Source of the DNA: the human T2T-CHM13v2.0 reference genome, Homo sapiens
DNA: 64,000 bases
Direction: 5' to 3' (one strand)
Assembly: GCF_009914755.1 (NCBI RefSeq)
Contig: NC_060937.1
Shown here: in pieces, positions 29,077 to 41,832 of the stretch
Layout: each line of letters begins with the position of its first letter
How positions within the stretch are numbered: the first letter of the stretch is position 1
The notes under the pieces: generated by a model
What the model saw: only the letters and a program-made list of their open reading frames with translations
Database searches by the model: none
Told to the model about the DNA's origin: nothing
Program-made: the position numbers and the translations under genes

Positions 29077-32000
29077 TCTATCATCCTCTTTGATTGGTTG
29101 TTCACTAAAAACCCTGTATTATGTGTCTTTCATGTGCTAGCATTGGGTTATATCCCTAAGGATTTAAAGATAAATTAAACATGATTCTTTTCCCCATTAT
29201 GCTCATAGACAGTATTTATGGAAGGACTTTGTGCAACTCTAAAGGGTAATATAAATGTAATATATTGTGAGTCACTTCCAAAGTTTAATATGCAACCCAA
29301 CCATTCCTTAATTTACTAAATCGTAAATCAGAATCAATATTTCAACAGATTGGAATTATGCATATATTATGAGTAAATTGCAAACAAATACAGAAGATAA
29401 TTTGAAAATTAAATGTCAACAGGATTTGCAATAGACATTTACCATGTCTCAAAGTAAGAAAACCTGTTAGAATAAGTATACTGTGGGCAATCTCAGTGTT
29501 ACAAGGCTGCTAATGAGCCTCTAGTACACTAAGAGACAGCCCCTAGGGATGAAAGGGGAGGATGGCTTATTCTTTCACTGAACTCTTAACTGAGGCAGCT
29601 AACAAGGTGCCCAACTGTGATTTAGACACATATCCAGTAGAAACTGGAGATAGAGTGTTAATTTAGTTTGTAAGGGTCACTGAACTAATTCCATTAGGTG
29701 ACAACTTATGGTCACTACTGATAGGAACAAGAATACAAACCCGAAGCCAAAAAAGAGGGAGAAGAATTTCTTGAACAATCTCACTTACCAGGAAAAGCAA
29801 TGAGAAAAGAAGCAGTCACTCAACTGAGATGCCTATTTTTGTTATGATATTTAGGTCCTGGAACACCTTTCCACACATGACAGTCACAAACAAAAATATG
29901 TAGTGTGACTAGAATATATAAACAAGGTCATGAAAATAAAGTTGATATCCACTAAGCCTTTTTTTAGAGAGCTACATCCACTTCAATCCTTGAAGAAAGT
30001 TGTCTGTTCAAAGGATAACAACTCGCAGGGTTAGATGTTAAGAAAGGGGAGTTATCAAGGAAGCTTACAGAAGGGATATTCAGTGGTCTGTCTTGGGTAC
30101 TGGTGGGCTCTCTTTCCATAGCACAGCTGCCGGCAGCTGGCCAGCACCTCAGGCAGGCAGCTGGTAGGGGAAGAGTGGCCTCTGCCAGCTGGCACTAAAA
30201 AATTAAAATTAAAATTAAGGGAAAAAAAAACCCACCCTGAGGCACAGATGCATAACAATCAAGCATTCAGTTTCTGGTGTTCTCCCTTATTCTTCAGTCC
30301 TTAGGGAAGCCCAGCAGTGAGGTAGCTCCTCTCTCCCCAACCCAAGGTCCCCAGGCTGCTTTTCTCTGGTTTAGATTCCCTTTTTGGAGGTTTCTCTGTG
30401 TTCATGCATCCAAAACACAGTTCTTGAATCATAGCATGTGCCAAGCAATGTGCTAAGGGCTGAGGATGGAAATATAGAAATGAATTACATTTCCTTACTT
30501 CCATCAAGGTGCAAATTAAAAGGGCTATAGCTGATTTTTAAATGCCCATAAATAACGACAGAAAGTTGGATGACCATAGTGCTTACGAAACATAGAAGAG
30601 AGCCCACAGTGGATGAAGCAAGACAAGTATCACATCAAAAAAGAATAAGAATTAAGGCTTTCTCAGCTGAACAAATGGGAATAGCCTCTTTAAAAGGAAT
30701 GAACATGAGGAAATAATGGAGGCATAAAATGGAAATTGAATTTTAAAATGTTACTGTACTGTTAGAGTACAGTCTGAGCTGCTACAACAAAAAGACCAAA
30801 AACTATAGAAGCTTTGAAATGTCATATATCTCTCTTTGATGGTATGTTTCAGCCAGATATGGCTCATAGGACAGCCCTGTCATCCTCAGTATGCAGTTTC
30901 TAGCTTCTGGATTACAGAAGTTGCTTGAGCTCTTGCAATCATTCCTATATCTCAGTTGGGGAGGAAAGGGCAAAATCCCCTCTTAAAAGAGCTACATAAA
31001 AGTATTATCTCCACTCACATTATCTCCACTCACAGAGAGCTTCAAATGAAGCTGGGGAATGCAGTAATTTGCCGAGTAGTCTTGTGCCAATCTAAAACTT
31101 AGGAATTCAATTAAAAACCAAAAGGGATAATTAACATTGGTAGAAAGCCACCCTCAGTTAGGAATAAAAAGTAAATCTATGTAAACATAGTTCTCATTCT
31201 TCGTGCATAATGAGTTTTATAATTTTCTCTGTAAATTATTTCATTCAAGATTTACATTCCCTGGGCTATTACCAGGACTGAAATATGAATCATTTAATGA
31301 ACTATATATATCAGAGATAAGTTTCGAACAAGACATTGTGGGAAGTATTGTGGTGATAAAAAAATATGCTTAGGTGGACTCTAATAAAAATGGAATTTTA
31401 AAATGACAAAATATTATCATGGAAAATGAAGAGATGAATACACATTATTAGAGCCAGTAGTGTTGTAAGTTGGTCATCAACCTTCTTGACTGATTCATGG
31501 TACTCACTATAAAATAGACCAAATAGTCATAAAACTTTATTCTGTCAAGTCAAGAAACCGCAACTAAAAATAATTTTGTTCAACCTCCATTTTATCCTAT
31601 CTCTCAATCTAGCCATCAGATTTTGATCTATGTAAGCCTCAAGGTAATACATTATTGCTCCTAGAGTCACGGTATATTCCATATAGTCACATTTCATGCA
31701 TAATGAAGATGGCAGTGAACTACAAAGGTTTTTATCAACTCAAACAGGAATACTAATGTTGTCTAAGGGCAATTTATGGTATGTATTTTAAAAGAGTAAA
31801 AAAAAAAAAGTAGTTTTTAGGTCAATTCATATGTAGGGAAAAATTATATGACTTGGAGACATTTTGAAAAGACAAAATCTTTACCTTAATGGATTTTAAG
31901 ATTCCTCTCTATTTCATAAAATTTATTTTTCTTCAATATACATATATATGAAAGAACGTATTGACAATTTAAAACTCACAAAACAAAGGTTTTAGTATAG

Positions 32001-33344
32001 ATATTTTCTTTTTAAGTATTTGATTGCCTATTTTATGCAAGGCATTTTGCTAGATATTAGAATACAATATTAGATAAGTCATTTATCTTAATTTGGATAA
32101 TTTCGCTGTAAGGATAAAACAGTCATCAAAAATAGATCAAATTAAAATAGTATGTTGTTAGAGATATTAAGAAGCAATCCACACTCATTTAAGAACTAAA
32201 TGTTCACAAGGTTGGGCTTACTCAAGACCAAGTTGTGAAAGGTTTCTAGACTCAAGGAAGCCCTGGGGACCTTAGCAATATGTGGCGACTTTCACTCTAG
32301 TGTCCTCCCCTTAAGTACGACTCAGATAATTAACAGAAGGCTGGGTTGTGTTCTGGGTTTTGTTTTGTATTTTGGTTGTCATTCTATTTTCCTTTTCTGT
32401 TTCTCTACCAACTGACAAATTCATTCTAATATTCTTAGTTAAAATTGCCAAGAACAGGAATCCGATTCATGCAAATTCTTTCCCAGTCCCTGCTACAAAT
32501 CATAGTCCCTGTCTTTAGTTATGTAGGTAGGTGAGTTCACAAAGTATAGAATCTCATCATTTATAGCAGATAGGCCCTGGGGAATTAAAGTCAAGGTTTT
32601 GATATCATGAAGTATACCTGCAAGCTGTTTTAAATTGTAAATTGACAAAATTCTTCCTGAGCAAACATTACCATTATCATTGACATGTTTTATAAAGCAC
32701 TTTAACATAAACTATCTGAGGTATATTCACCTAAAAATCCTATAATGTAAGCAGAAGTGATCCTCAGAATAGTTAGTAACTTGTCTAGCATTTACATGAA
32801 CCAATCAGAATGAATGCCCAAAATTTCAAATTGAATTGTTGTCACAAGCAGTCAGCATAATGAGCCATCACCTGCTGCCTGAACTGCAGCCCTGGATCCA
32901 AAGTCAGCCTTTATTTTATACCCATTTTATGGATTAAAAGAAAATAAAGTTCATGAGTGGTTATATGACATGTTTTTGTTTTCTGTCTCAAAAACCCTAG
33001 CAGTTTGCACACTTTGCTTCCATCTGTACCCTGTTACCTATTGTGACATATCACATGCTCGAAGGCCACATCTGGGACTTTCGTAAGTAGCAACCGTTTT
33101 TCTTTTCTGTGGTTTCTAACATGCTATATAAGATTTTATCTCTATTGTATTTCCCGTAACACTGACCTTCCATTGGCTTCTTTCTCTTTTCTACAGAGTA
33201 TATTTTTGGAGGGCAAATCTGTTAATGTGTATTCTTTATGCTCTGTACATCCTATGTAAGATCATCAGTAAATATCTATTTACATTTTTTTGAAGGGCAG
33301 AGAAATTAGCAAGTGTATGTTCATGGGTTTAGATGAAGTAGAGT

Positions 33345-33580
33345 GTAGTAATTATGAACACCAACTCAGAAACTCAACATTTTGGGTACAGGTGTAAACT
33401 ACACCACTTCTAGCCATGTGATCTTGGACAGGTTACTTATGCATGCTATAGCCATGTTTCCTCAAATGGAAAATCAGAATGATAAAATAATACTTAGTTC
33501 AGAGAGTTGTGGAGTTCAAATGCATGTAGAAAGCTTAGCATATTGCAGAATATATGTAAGTGCCAACAATAACTTATGGC
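33345..33580 (+). mobile_element. MIR SINE
   Basis: ctagccatgtgatcttggacaggttactt...gtttcctcaaatggaaaat...gataaaataatac...agagttgt...aaagcttagca. Confidence 0.65.
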
Positions 33581-34514
33581 TGTTATACAATCTGTAATAT
33601 AGACTCCTCTGCTTCTTATACAGTGAAGGCATGCATTGCCCAGAGGGATTAGAGTTCAAAGTCAGTGCATGCAACAAAACTTGCAAATGTTTCCTAAGTA
33701 ATTTTTAAGTAATTTTACTCTTTTAAATCTCTTACTCATCAAAAAAACACACTCGTATTTTCTATACAATTCTTAATATATCTAAGTATGCATAAATGCA
33801 TAATGCACTTACTAGCGTATTTTCTATAATATTCCCTAGAAGGATCCTATTTAGACATTAATTTATTCAAGCCTTTTATTGCATAGAATTCTTCAACAAA
33901 ATTACCAGGCTTCCATCTTCTTTATTTGTTGTTTTGCATTTGTCTCCCAGCTACAGCTAATTTTGTTAGGCAATGTTTTCTTTGGCTCTTAATTAGTTCT
34001 TCAATAGCTTTCTCCAGGAGGTCCAAGAAACCTATAACTATCTTCTTCCAGCCAGTCCCTCTGGAATGTTCTCAGCCTCCTTTTCTCTCTCTCAAATGTA
34101 GTTGAACTGAGATAACTTGAAAACAAGTGTGCTGTGATAATACTGTGTAATTTACTTATAAATTGTCTCTAGTACAAGGCATGTTTGGATTAGCCATATA
34201 AACAGTGGTTATCATTATTACATATATATAAGCAGCAAAAACTAAATCTTCGAGAGTTTAAGCAACTTTCTCGGGGTTACATACCCATAAGAGGTATGGG
34301 GACAGGTTATAAACTCAGGTCTTTAAGAGATAGACACTTCAACTTTAAATTAGTGAACCTCCAGGGAGTCATACCATGTGCAGAAAGAATTCTGAAAAAT
34401 GGTGTGGGAGATTTTTGGTTTTGCTATAAACTGGGAGATGTTGCTAACATTTAGTGAGCAGTGGCCTGGGATGTGAATCTATTTCAATATGCCAAGAGAT
34501 CTTTCAAAGAGAAA

Positions 34515-35000
34515 TTGTACCAGGCAGTTTAAACATGCAAAAGAGACTTTACTCAAGACTTTTGCAATGAGAGAGAGAGTCTAGACTCAGCTCCTCTGAA
34601 AGAAAAGGTGGAAGCATTTTTTTAAGTTCTGGGATAAGCTAGTGAAAAAGCACAGGAAGACAATGAGTGTAGTTCCTCACTGTTATTAGGCCAGCTGTAT
34701 TTGCTAACCAGCTCATCTAAGTTAGGCTCCCACCTTTCACAGAGACTGGGAAATAGAGGCACTATCTTTCTTGATCGCATTTCAAAGGGATGGCTACCAG
34801 ATCCTCAGAAAGACATTTCTGGATTATAAGACTGCCTGAAGGCTTGCAGATTTACATCTCAAAGAGCCAGGGCAAGAATTTACAATGACAAGTGTTGTAA
34901 CATAAATACTCTAAGAAAAGGCAGATCAGAGGCCCAGATTCAGGGAGACTCTGTCAAAAGTTTAGTCAAGCTTTATGAACGCAATATAAAGGATACCTTG
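34515..35000 (-). mobile_element. ERV1-class LTR (MER67-like)
   Basis: cagagactgggaaatagaggcactatc...catttcaaagggatggctaccag...tttacatctcaaag...ctctaagaaaagg...aagtttagtcaagct. Confidence 0.6.
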
Positions 35001-35101
35001 TTCAAGTCCCACATAAGAAAAAATTGCCTCATCTCTTGCTTTTATGTACATGAAAAACTTTATAATTATGTAAGCTTGGCCACCCAGTCTATTTTGTATA
35101 T

Positions 35102-35510
35102 TGCTATAGTCTGGATGCTTGTTTCCTCCAAATCTCATGTTGAAATTTGATCCACAACATTGGAGGTGGGGCCTAATGGGAGGTGTTTCGGTCATAGGGG
35201 CAGATCCCTCATGAAAGGCATGTGCCTTCCTTGCTATAATGAGTGAGCTCTCACTCTATTAGTTCCCTTGAGAGCTGGTTATTAAAAAGAGCCTGGTACC
35301 TCCCTCCACCCTCTCTCTGCCTTGCTTCCTCTCTTACCATGTGATCTCTGCACACGCTGGCTCCCCATCACCTTCTGCCATGAATAGAGGCAGCCTAAAG
35401 TTGTCACCCAATCTTCCAGCCAGCAAAATCATAGGACAAACAAACCCTTTTTCTTTAGAAATTATCCAGCTTCAGGTATTTCTTTATAGCAACACAAATA
35501 GACTAAGACA
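35102..35510 (+). mobile_element. MSTB-type solo LTR
   Basis: tgctatagtctggatg...ggaggtggggcctaatgggaggtgttt...ggtatttctttatagcaacacaaatagactaagaca; TSD tatat/tacat. Confidence 0.85.
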
Positions 35511-36310
35511 TACATGAACACAAACATTTTCACACAAATTAAATAGAAATACATCTTCCAGGAATGCCACAAACTTTTTTCATTTAGAAAAGGTTGTTAA
35601 TTTTGGAATATTATCAAGGCTTATTCCTTATCACAGAAAATCATGTTATTATTGTTCATGTTGATCACAATTTTTTTAATTTTTAATTTTTTAAACATTA
35701 TATGTATGTATTGTGAGCAACATGGTATTTTGAAGTATGTATGCATTGTGAAATGGCTAAATCTAGCTAACTAACAAATGCATTACCTCACATAGTTTTT
35801 TTTTTGTGTGTGTGATGAGAGCACTTACCATCCACTCTCTTTGCATTTTTCAAGATACGATATATCATCATTAACTGTAGTCTTCTTGCTATTTAATAGA
35901 TATCTTGAATTTATTCCTCCCTTCCAACTGTAATTATATAGGCTTTGACAAAACATTTTCCTAACCCTCTCTCTCCACTAACCACCCTAACTTCTGGTAA
36001 CCAACATTCTGCCCTCACTTCTATGAGATCAACTTTTTTGGATTCCACATCCAGGCAAGACTATGTGACTTTCTGTGACTGGCTTATTTCACCTAACATA
36101 ATGTTTGCCAGGTTTATCCATGTGATATATATATAATTTTCTTTATCTCTTTATTGATAGCCACAGGTTGTTTCTGTATGTTTCTGTACGTTGGCTATTG
36201 TGAATAACACTGCAGTAAACATGGGAGTGCAGATATCACATGAAGATACTGATTTTCTTTTCTATGTTTTCTTTACAGATTTCATTGCAGCTATAAGGAA
36301 ATACCCTCTT

Positions 36311-36763
36311 TTTCATGCACGTCCGTGTGAAGAGAACACCAAACAGGCTTTGTGTGAGCAACATGGCTGTTTATTTCACCTGGGTGCAGGCGGGCTGAGT
36401 CCGAAAAGAGAGTCAACGAAGGGAGATACGGGTGGGGCCATTTTATAGGATTTGGGTAGGTAAATGAAAATTACAGTCAAAGGGGGTTTGTTCTCTGGTG
36501 GGCAGGAGTGGGGGTCGCAAGGTGCACAGTGGGGGTGCTTTTTGAGCCAGGATGAGCCAGGAAAAGGACTTTCACAAGGTAATGTCATCAGTTAAGGCAA
36601 GGATGGGCCATTTACACTTCTTTTGTGGTGGAATGTCATCAGTCAAGGTGGGGCAGGGCATATTCACTTCTTTTGTGATTCTTCAGTTACTTCAGGCCAT
36701 CTGGGCATATACGTGCAAGTCACAGGGGATGCGATGGCTTGGCTTGGGCTCAGAGGCCTGACA
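36311..36763 (-). repeat. HERV-H 3' LTR7
   Basis: Direct repeat of 41833-42285 (about 18 differences counted); preceded by polypurine tract AAGAAGGCAGGAA (36764-36776); AATAAA in R. Confidence 0.97.
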
Positions 36764-38083
36764 TTCCTGCCTTCTTATATTAATAAGAAAAATAAAATAG
36801 TGTTGAAGTGTTGGGGCGGCGAAAATTTTTGGGAGGTGGTATCTAGAGAGAATGGGTGATGTTTCTCAGGGCTGCTTCAAGCGGGCTTAGGGGTGGCGTG
36901 GGAACCTAGAGTGGGAGAGATTAAGCTGAAGGGAGGTCTTGTGGTAAGGGGTGATATTGTGGGGATGTTAGAAGAAACATTTGTCGTATAGAATGATTGG
37001 TGATGGCCTGGATACGGTTTTGTATTAATTGCAAAACTAAATGGAATAAGAGAAGGAGAAAAACAGGTATAAAAGGTCAAAGAATTGGGACAACTCAGGA
37101 TATCTGATTAGAGAGTGCCTAAGGAGATTCAGCATAGTCCTGCCAGCAAAGATTATTTATTTACTTCAAGAGTTAAGAGTGGCAGTTTGGGGATAGTACC
37201 AGGAGATATCAGCTGTGATGGCTTGGAAAAACAGTGTAAACCGGCAGTGTAAACAAGAGCAGGGCATCTGTGAGTAGTTGAGAACAGTGAATGGGAGTAT
37301 GACTAGACAGAAAATAGTAGGGATGACAAGTTTTTTTTTGCGGGGGCACAGTCTAAGTTGGTCTGGTGTCTGGAATGAGACTGGGGCCTAATAAAAAGGA
37401 GCGTCTATACAGGAGCTCAAATGGGCTGTACCCTGTAGCATTCTGAGGACAGGCCTGAATTCTGAGAAGGGAAAGTGGTAGAAGTATTGTCCAGTCCTTT
37501 TTAAGTTGGTGGCTGAGCTTGGTGAGGTGTGTTTTTAAAAGACCTTTAGTCCGTTCTACTTTTCTTGAAGATGGAGGACCAAAAGGGATATAAAGGTTTC
37601 ACTGAATACTAAGCCTGAAAAACTGCTTGGCTGATTTGACTAATAAAGGCTGGTCTGTTATCAGACTGTATAGAGGTGGGAAGGCTAAACTGAGGAATTA
37701 TGTCTGACAGAAGGGAAGAAATGACTGCGGTGGCCTTCTCAGACCCTGTAGGAAAGGCCTTCACTTATTCAGTGAAAGTGTCTCTTTAGACTAAGAGGTA
37801 TTTTACTTTCCTGACTGGGGCATGTTGAGTAAAGCTAATTTGCCAGTCCTGGGTGGGGGCAAATCCTCGAGCTTGATGTGTAGGGAAGGGAGGGGGCCTG
37901 AATAATCCATGAGGAGTAGTAGCATAGCAGATGGAACACTGAGAAGTTATTTCCTTGAGGATAGATTTCCACGATGGAAAGGAAATGAGAGGTTCTAAGA
38001 GGTGGGCTAGTGGCTTGTACTATAGCATAACCTGCCTTTGCTGGTGTGTGGCGATTGGGCCTGGTGGAACCGCCATCAATAAA

Positions 38084-39141
38084 TCAAGTGTGATCAGGGT
38101 GAGGAACAGGAAAGAAGGAAATTTGGGGAAATGGGGTGAATGTCAGGTGGATCAGAGAGATACAGTCATGGGGGTCAGGTGTGGTATCAGGAATAATGTG
38201 GGAGGCCGGATTGAAGTCCGGGCCAGGAACAATGGTAATTGTGGGAGACTCAACAAAGAGTGAGTATAGCTGAAGGAGCCGGGAAGCAGAAAGTATATGC
38301 GTCAGGTATGAGGAAGAAAATAGATTTTGGAAGTTATGAGAACTGTAGAGAGTGAGTTGAGCATAGTTTGTGATTTTGAGGGCCTCTAAAGTATTAATGC
38401 AGTGGCAGCTGCTGCACGCAGACATGAGGGCTAGGCTAAAACAGTAAGGTCAAGTTGTTTGCACAGAAAGGCTACAGGGTGCGGTCCTGGCTCTTGTGTA
38501 AGAATTCTGACCGCACTAACTATGCCTAGGAAGGAAAGGAGTTATTGTTTTGTAAGGGATTGAGGTTTGGGAGATTAATCGGACATGATCAGCAGGGAAA
38601 GCACGTGTGTTTTTATGAGAATTATGCCGAGATAGGTAACAGATGAGGATAAAATTTGGGCTTGACTGAAGTAATGGGGGCTGTCTATGAAGCCTTGCGG
38701 CAGTACAGCCCAGGTAATTTGCTGAGCCTGATGGGTGTCAGGGTCATTCTAAGTGAAAGCAGAGAGAGGCTGGGACGAGGGGTGCAGGGGAATAGTGAAA
38801 AAAGCATCTTTAAGATCAAGCACGGAATAGTGAGTTGTGGAGGAAGGTATTGAGGACAAAAGAGTGTACAGGTTGGGCACCACCGGGTGGATAGGCAAAA
38901 CAATTTGGTTGATAAGGCGCAGATCCTGAACTAACTTGTAAGGCTTGTCTGGTTTTAGGACAGGTAAAATGGGGGAATTGTAAGGAAAGTTTATAGGTTT
39001 TAAAAGGCCATGCTGTAGCAGGCGAGTGATAACAGGCTTTAATCTTTTTAAAGCCTGCTGCGGGATGGGATATTGGCATTGAGTGGGGTAAGGGTGATTA
39101 GGCTTTAATGAGATGGTAAGGGGTGCATGATCAGTCACCAA
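38084..39141 (-). pseudogene. HERV-H pol remnant (RT N-terminal part, connection/RNase H region), disrupted
   Basis: ORF 38749-39141 QYPIP...PYNSPILPVLKPDKPYKLVQDLRLIN...LDLKDAFFTI; ORF 38084-38425 LSASRLLQL...FNPASHIIP...PHDC. Confidence 0.92.
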
Positions 39142-39294
39142 GGAGGGAGTAGAGGTATCTTATACTTGTGGGTTAAGGTGGGGGGATACAAGAGGAGGAC
39201 GCAAAGGAGGCTTTGGATTGGGAAGAAGGGCGGCAATGAGATATAGCTGTAGTCCAGGAATAGTCAGGGAAGCAGATAATTTAGTTAAAGTGTC

Positions 39295-39519
39295 TCAGCC
39301 TAATAAGGGAACTGGACAGGTGGGGGTAACTAAAAAGGATTGCTTAAAAGAGTATTGTCTAAGTTGGCACCAGAGTTGGGGAGTTTTAAGAGGTTTAGAA
39401 GCCTGGCCGTCAATACCCACAACAGTTATGGAGGCAAGGGAAACAGGCCCTTGAAAAGAAGGTAATGTGGAGTGGGTAGCCTCCGTATTGATTAAGAAGG
39501 GGATGGGCTTACCTTCCAC
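39295..39519 (-). pseudogene. HERV-H protease remnant
   Basis: EGKPIPFLINTEATHSTL...VVGIDG...PTCPVPLLG; the catalytic DTG reads NTE. Confidence 0.9.
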
Positions 39520-39695
39520 TGTGAGAGTTACCTGAAGCTCAGCGTCTGTGATGGTCTAGGGGGCTTCTGAGGCTATCGGGCAGTGTCAGTCTTCAGCCGC
39601 TAAGCCGAGAAGATCTGGGAAGGAGTCAGAGAGCCTTGGGCCAGAGTTCCAGGGGCTCTGGGAGTGGCTGCCAGGTGAGTTGAACAGTTCAATTT

Positions 39696-40900
39696 TCAGT
39701 GGGGTCCCACACAGATGGGACGTGGCTTAGGAGGAATCCCGGGCTGTGGGCATTCCTTGGCCCAGTGGCCAGATTTCCGGCACGTGTAGCAAGCTCCTGT
39801 GGGAGGAGGTTCTGGAGGATCGCCTGGCTGCTGCAGTTCAGGCGTTTGGAAGTTCTTGTGTGCTGGAGATGTGGCTGGGGTTTGTCTCACAGTGGAGGCA
39901 AGGAATTGCAACTTTTTTCTGTTATTGTACACCTTGAAGGTGAGGTAAGTCCGGTTGTGGGGTTTGAGGGCCAGATTCCAATTTTTGGAGTTTTATTTAA
40001 TGTCGGGAGCAGATTGGGTAATAAAATGTATATTGAGAATAAGATGGACTTTTGACCTTTTAGGGTCTAGGGCCGTAAAGCGTCTCAGGGTTGCTGCCAA
40101 ATGAGCCATGAACTGGGCTGGGTTTTTATATTTGATGAAAAAGAGCCTAAACACTTCTGATTTGGGATAAGGAAAAGGAGCGTTAACCTTGATTATGCCT
40201 TTGGCTCCAGCCACCTTTTTAAGAGTAAATTGCTGGGCAGGTGGGGGAGGGCTAGTCACGGAACGAAACTGTAAGCCCGACCAGGTGTGAGGAGGGGAGG
40301 TGATAAAAAGATTACAGGGTGGAGGAGCAGAGGCTGAGGAAGAATTGGGACCTAGCTCAGCCTGGCCAGGAGCAGCCTGGGGAGGAAGGGAGAGGTCAGA
40401 TGGGTCTGTAGAAAAGGAAGATTAGAAAGACTCAGCGACGCTTGGGGTTGGTACTGAGGGGACAGGCAGGAGGGAAAGAAGGAAGATTTGGGACGAGTTG
40501 CACTGGGCACAGAGACTAGGAAGGGACTGATGTGTAAAATAATGCCTGGACGTCAGGAACCTCAGACTGTTTGCCTATTTTACGACAAGAATTATTTAGA
40601 TTTTGCAGGGCGGAAAAATTCAAAGTGCCGTTTTCTGGCTATTTGGAACTACTGTCGAGTTTGTACTGGGGTCAAGCGGCATTGCAGAAGAAAATAAGGC
40701 ATTTAGGTTTTAGGTCAGGTGTGAGTTGAAGAGGTTTTAAGTTTTTGAGAACACAGGCCAAGGGAGTAGAAGGAGGAATGGAGGGTGGAATGTTGCCCAT
40801 AGTGAAGGAAGCCAGCCTAGAGAAAAGAGAGAGTAGAGAAATGGAGGGAAGGGGTTCGGGGGTTCTTACCTTCCAGAAAAGTGGGAAAAGGGGTTGGGGC
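39696..40900 (-). pseudogene. HERV-H gag remnant
   Basis: CCHC knuckle CYTCRKSGHWAKEC; HFITQSAPDIK; MGNIPPSIPPSTPLACVLKN N-terminus; frame broken. Confidence 0.9.
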
Positions 40901-41104
40901 ACAGAGATAAGAGGTTGGGGTGAGGAAATAAGGGATTGGGGCGCAGAGATAGAGGTTGGGGCATGGAAATAAGGGATTGAGACATAGAGATAAGAGGTCG
41001 GGGTGCAGAAATAAGGGATTGGGGCACAGAGATAAGATGTCGGGGTGCAGAAATAAGGGATTGGGGTGCAGAGATAAGAGGTTGGGGTGCAGAAATAAGG
41101 GATT
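40896..41104. repeat. Ten 21-bp monomers (5 x 42-bp dimer) in the HERV-H leader
   Basis: Alternating ggggcacagagataagaggtt / ggggtgcagaaataagggatt. Confidence 0.9.
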
Positions 41105-41109
41105 GGGGG

Positions 41110-41405
41110 TTCTTGCCCCGTAGAAAAGTGGGACTTGCCACTAAGGGTGAATTAGAAGGGGTTGAGGGGTACTTGCCCCTGCCCCAGAAAAGTGGGACTT
41201 GCCGCTAAGGGTGAAGGAGAAGGGGTTGAGGGGTCCTTGCCCCTCTCCCAGAAAAGCGGGACTTGCTGATAAGGGTGAAGGAGAAGGGGTTGAGGGGTAC
41301 TTGCCCCTCTCCCAGAAAAGCAGAGAAGGGGTAGAGACAAGGAGAGAAGGGGTTGAGGTATTTACCCCTTCCCCAGAAAAGCGGGACTTGCCGCTAAGGG
41401 TGAAG
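41110..41405. repeat. 64-bp tandem repeat in the HERV-H leader
   Basis: agaaaag anchor at 41122, 41186, 41250 and 41314, with a variant at 41375. Confidence 0.9.
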
Positions 41406-41812
41406 GACCAAGACAGGCGTCCCTGTGTGGTCTGACACCCTTTAAACGTGGGCGTATAATCAGAGAGGCGTCCCTGCAATGATTAAACACCAAGGGAAGG
41501 CTGCCTTCCCAGTCCGTGACCGGCGCTGGAGTTTTGGGTCCACAGATAAAACGTGTCTCCTTTGTCTCTCCTAGAAAATGAAAGGAATTGAAATTAAGAG
41601 AAGGGAGAGATTGAAGAGTGGAAAGGAGAAAGTGGTGGAGGGACAGTGAGAGAGGTTGGAGAAGAGAGTAAGAAGAGGCCGCTTACCTGATTTAAAATTG
41701 GTGAGATGTTCCTTGGGCTGGTTGGTCTGAGGACCTGAGGTCATAGGTGGATCTTTCTCATGGAGCAAAGAACAGGAGGACAGGGGATTGATCTCCCAAG
41801 GGAGGTCCCCCG

Positions 41813-41830
41813 ATCCGGGTCACAGCACCA
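41813..41830 (-). promoter_or_regulatory. Primer-binding site, tRNA-His
   Basis: Minus strand TGGTGCTGTGACCCGGAT, 2 mismatches to the His PBS TGGTGCCGTGACTCGGAT, next to the 5' LTR. Confidence 0.92.
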
Positions 41831-41832
41831 AA

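Noticed and set aside
36280-36306. Minus-strand gggtatttccttatagctgcaatgaaa as the U5 end of a MaLR LTR, making the insert one rearranged LTR
   Set aside because: The match is short and lacks the gactaataca terminus, and the intervening ~300 nt do not resemble MaLR. Not fully excluded without alignment.
36764-37950. Intact HERV-H env or integrase
   Set aside because: No long ORF; provirus size fits the common deleted form.
40896-41405. CRISPR-like or bacterial repeat array
   Set aside because: Head-to-tail repeats without unique spacers, inside a retroviral leader in primate DNA.
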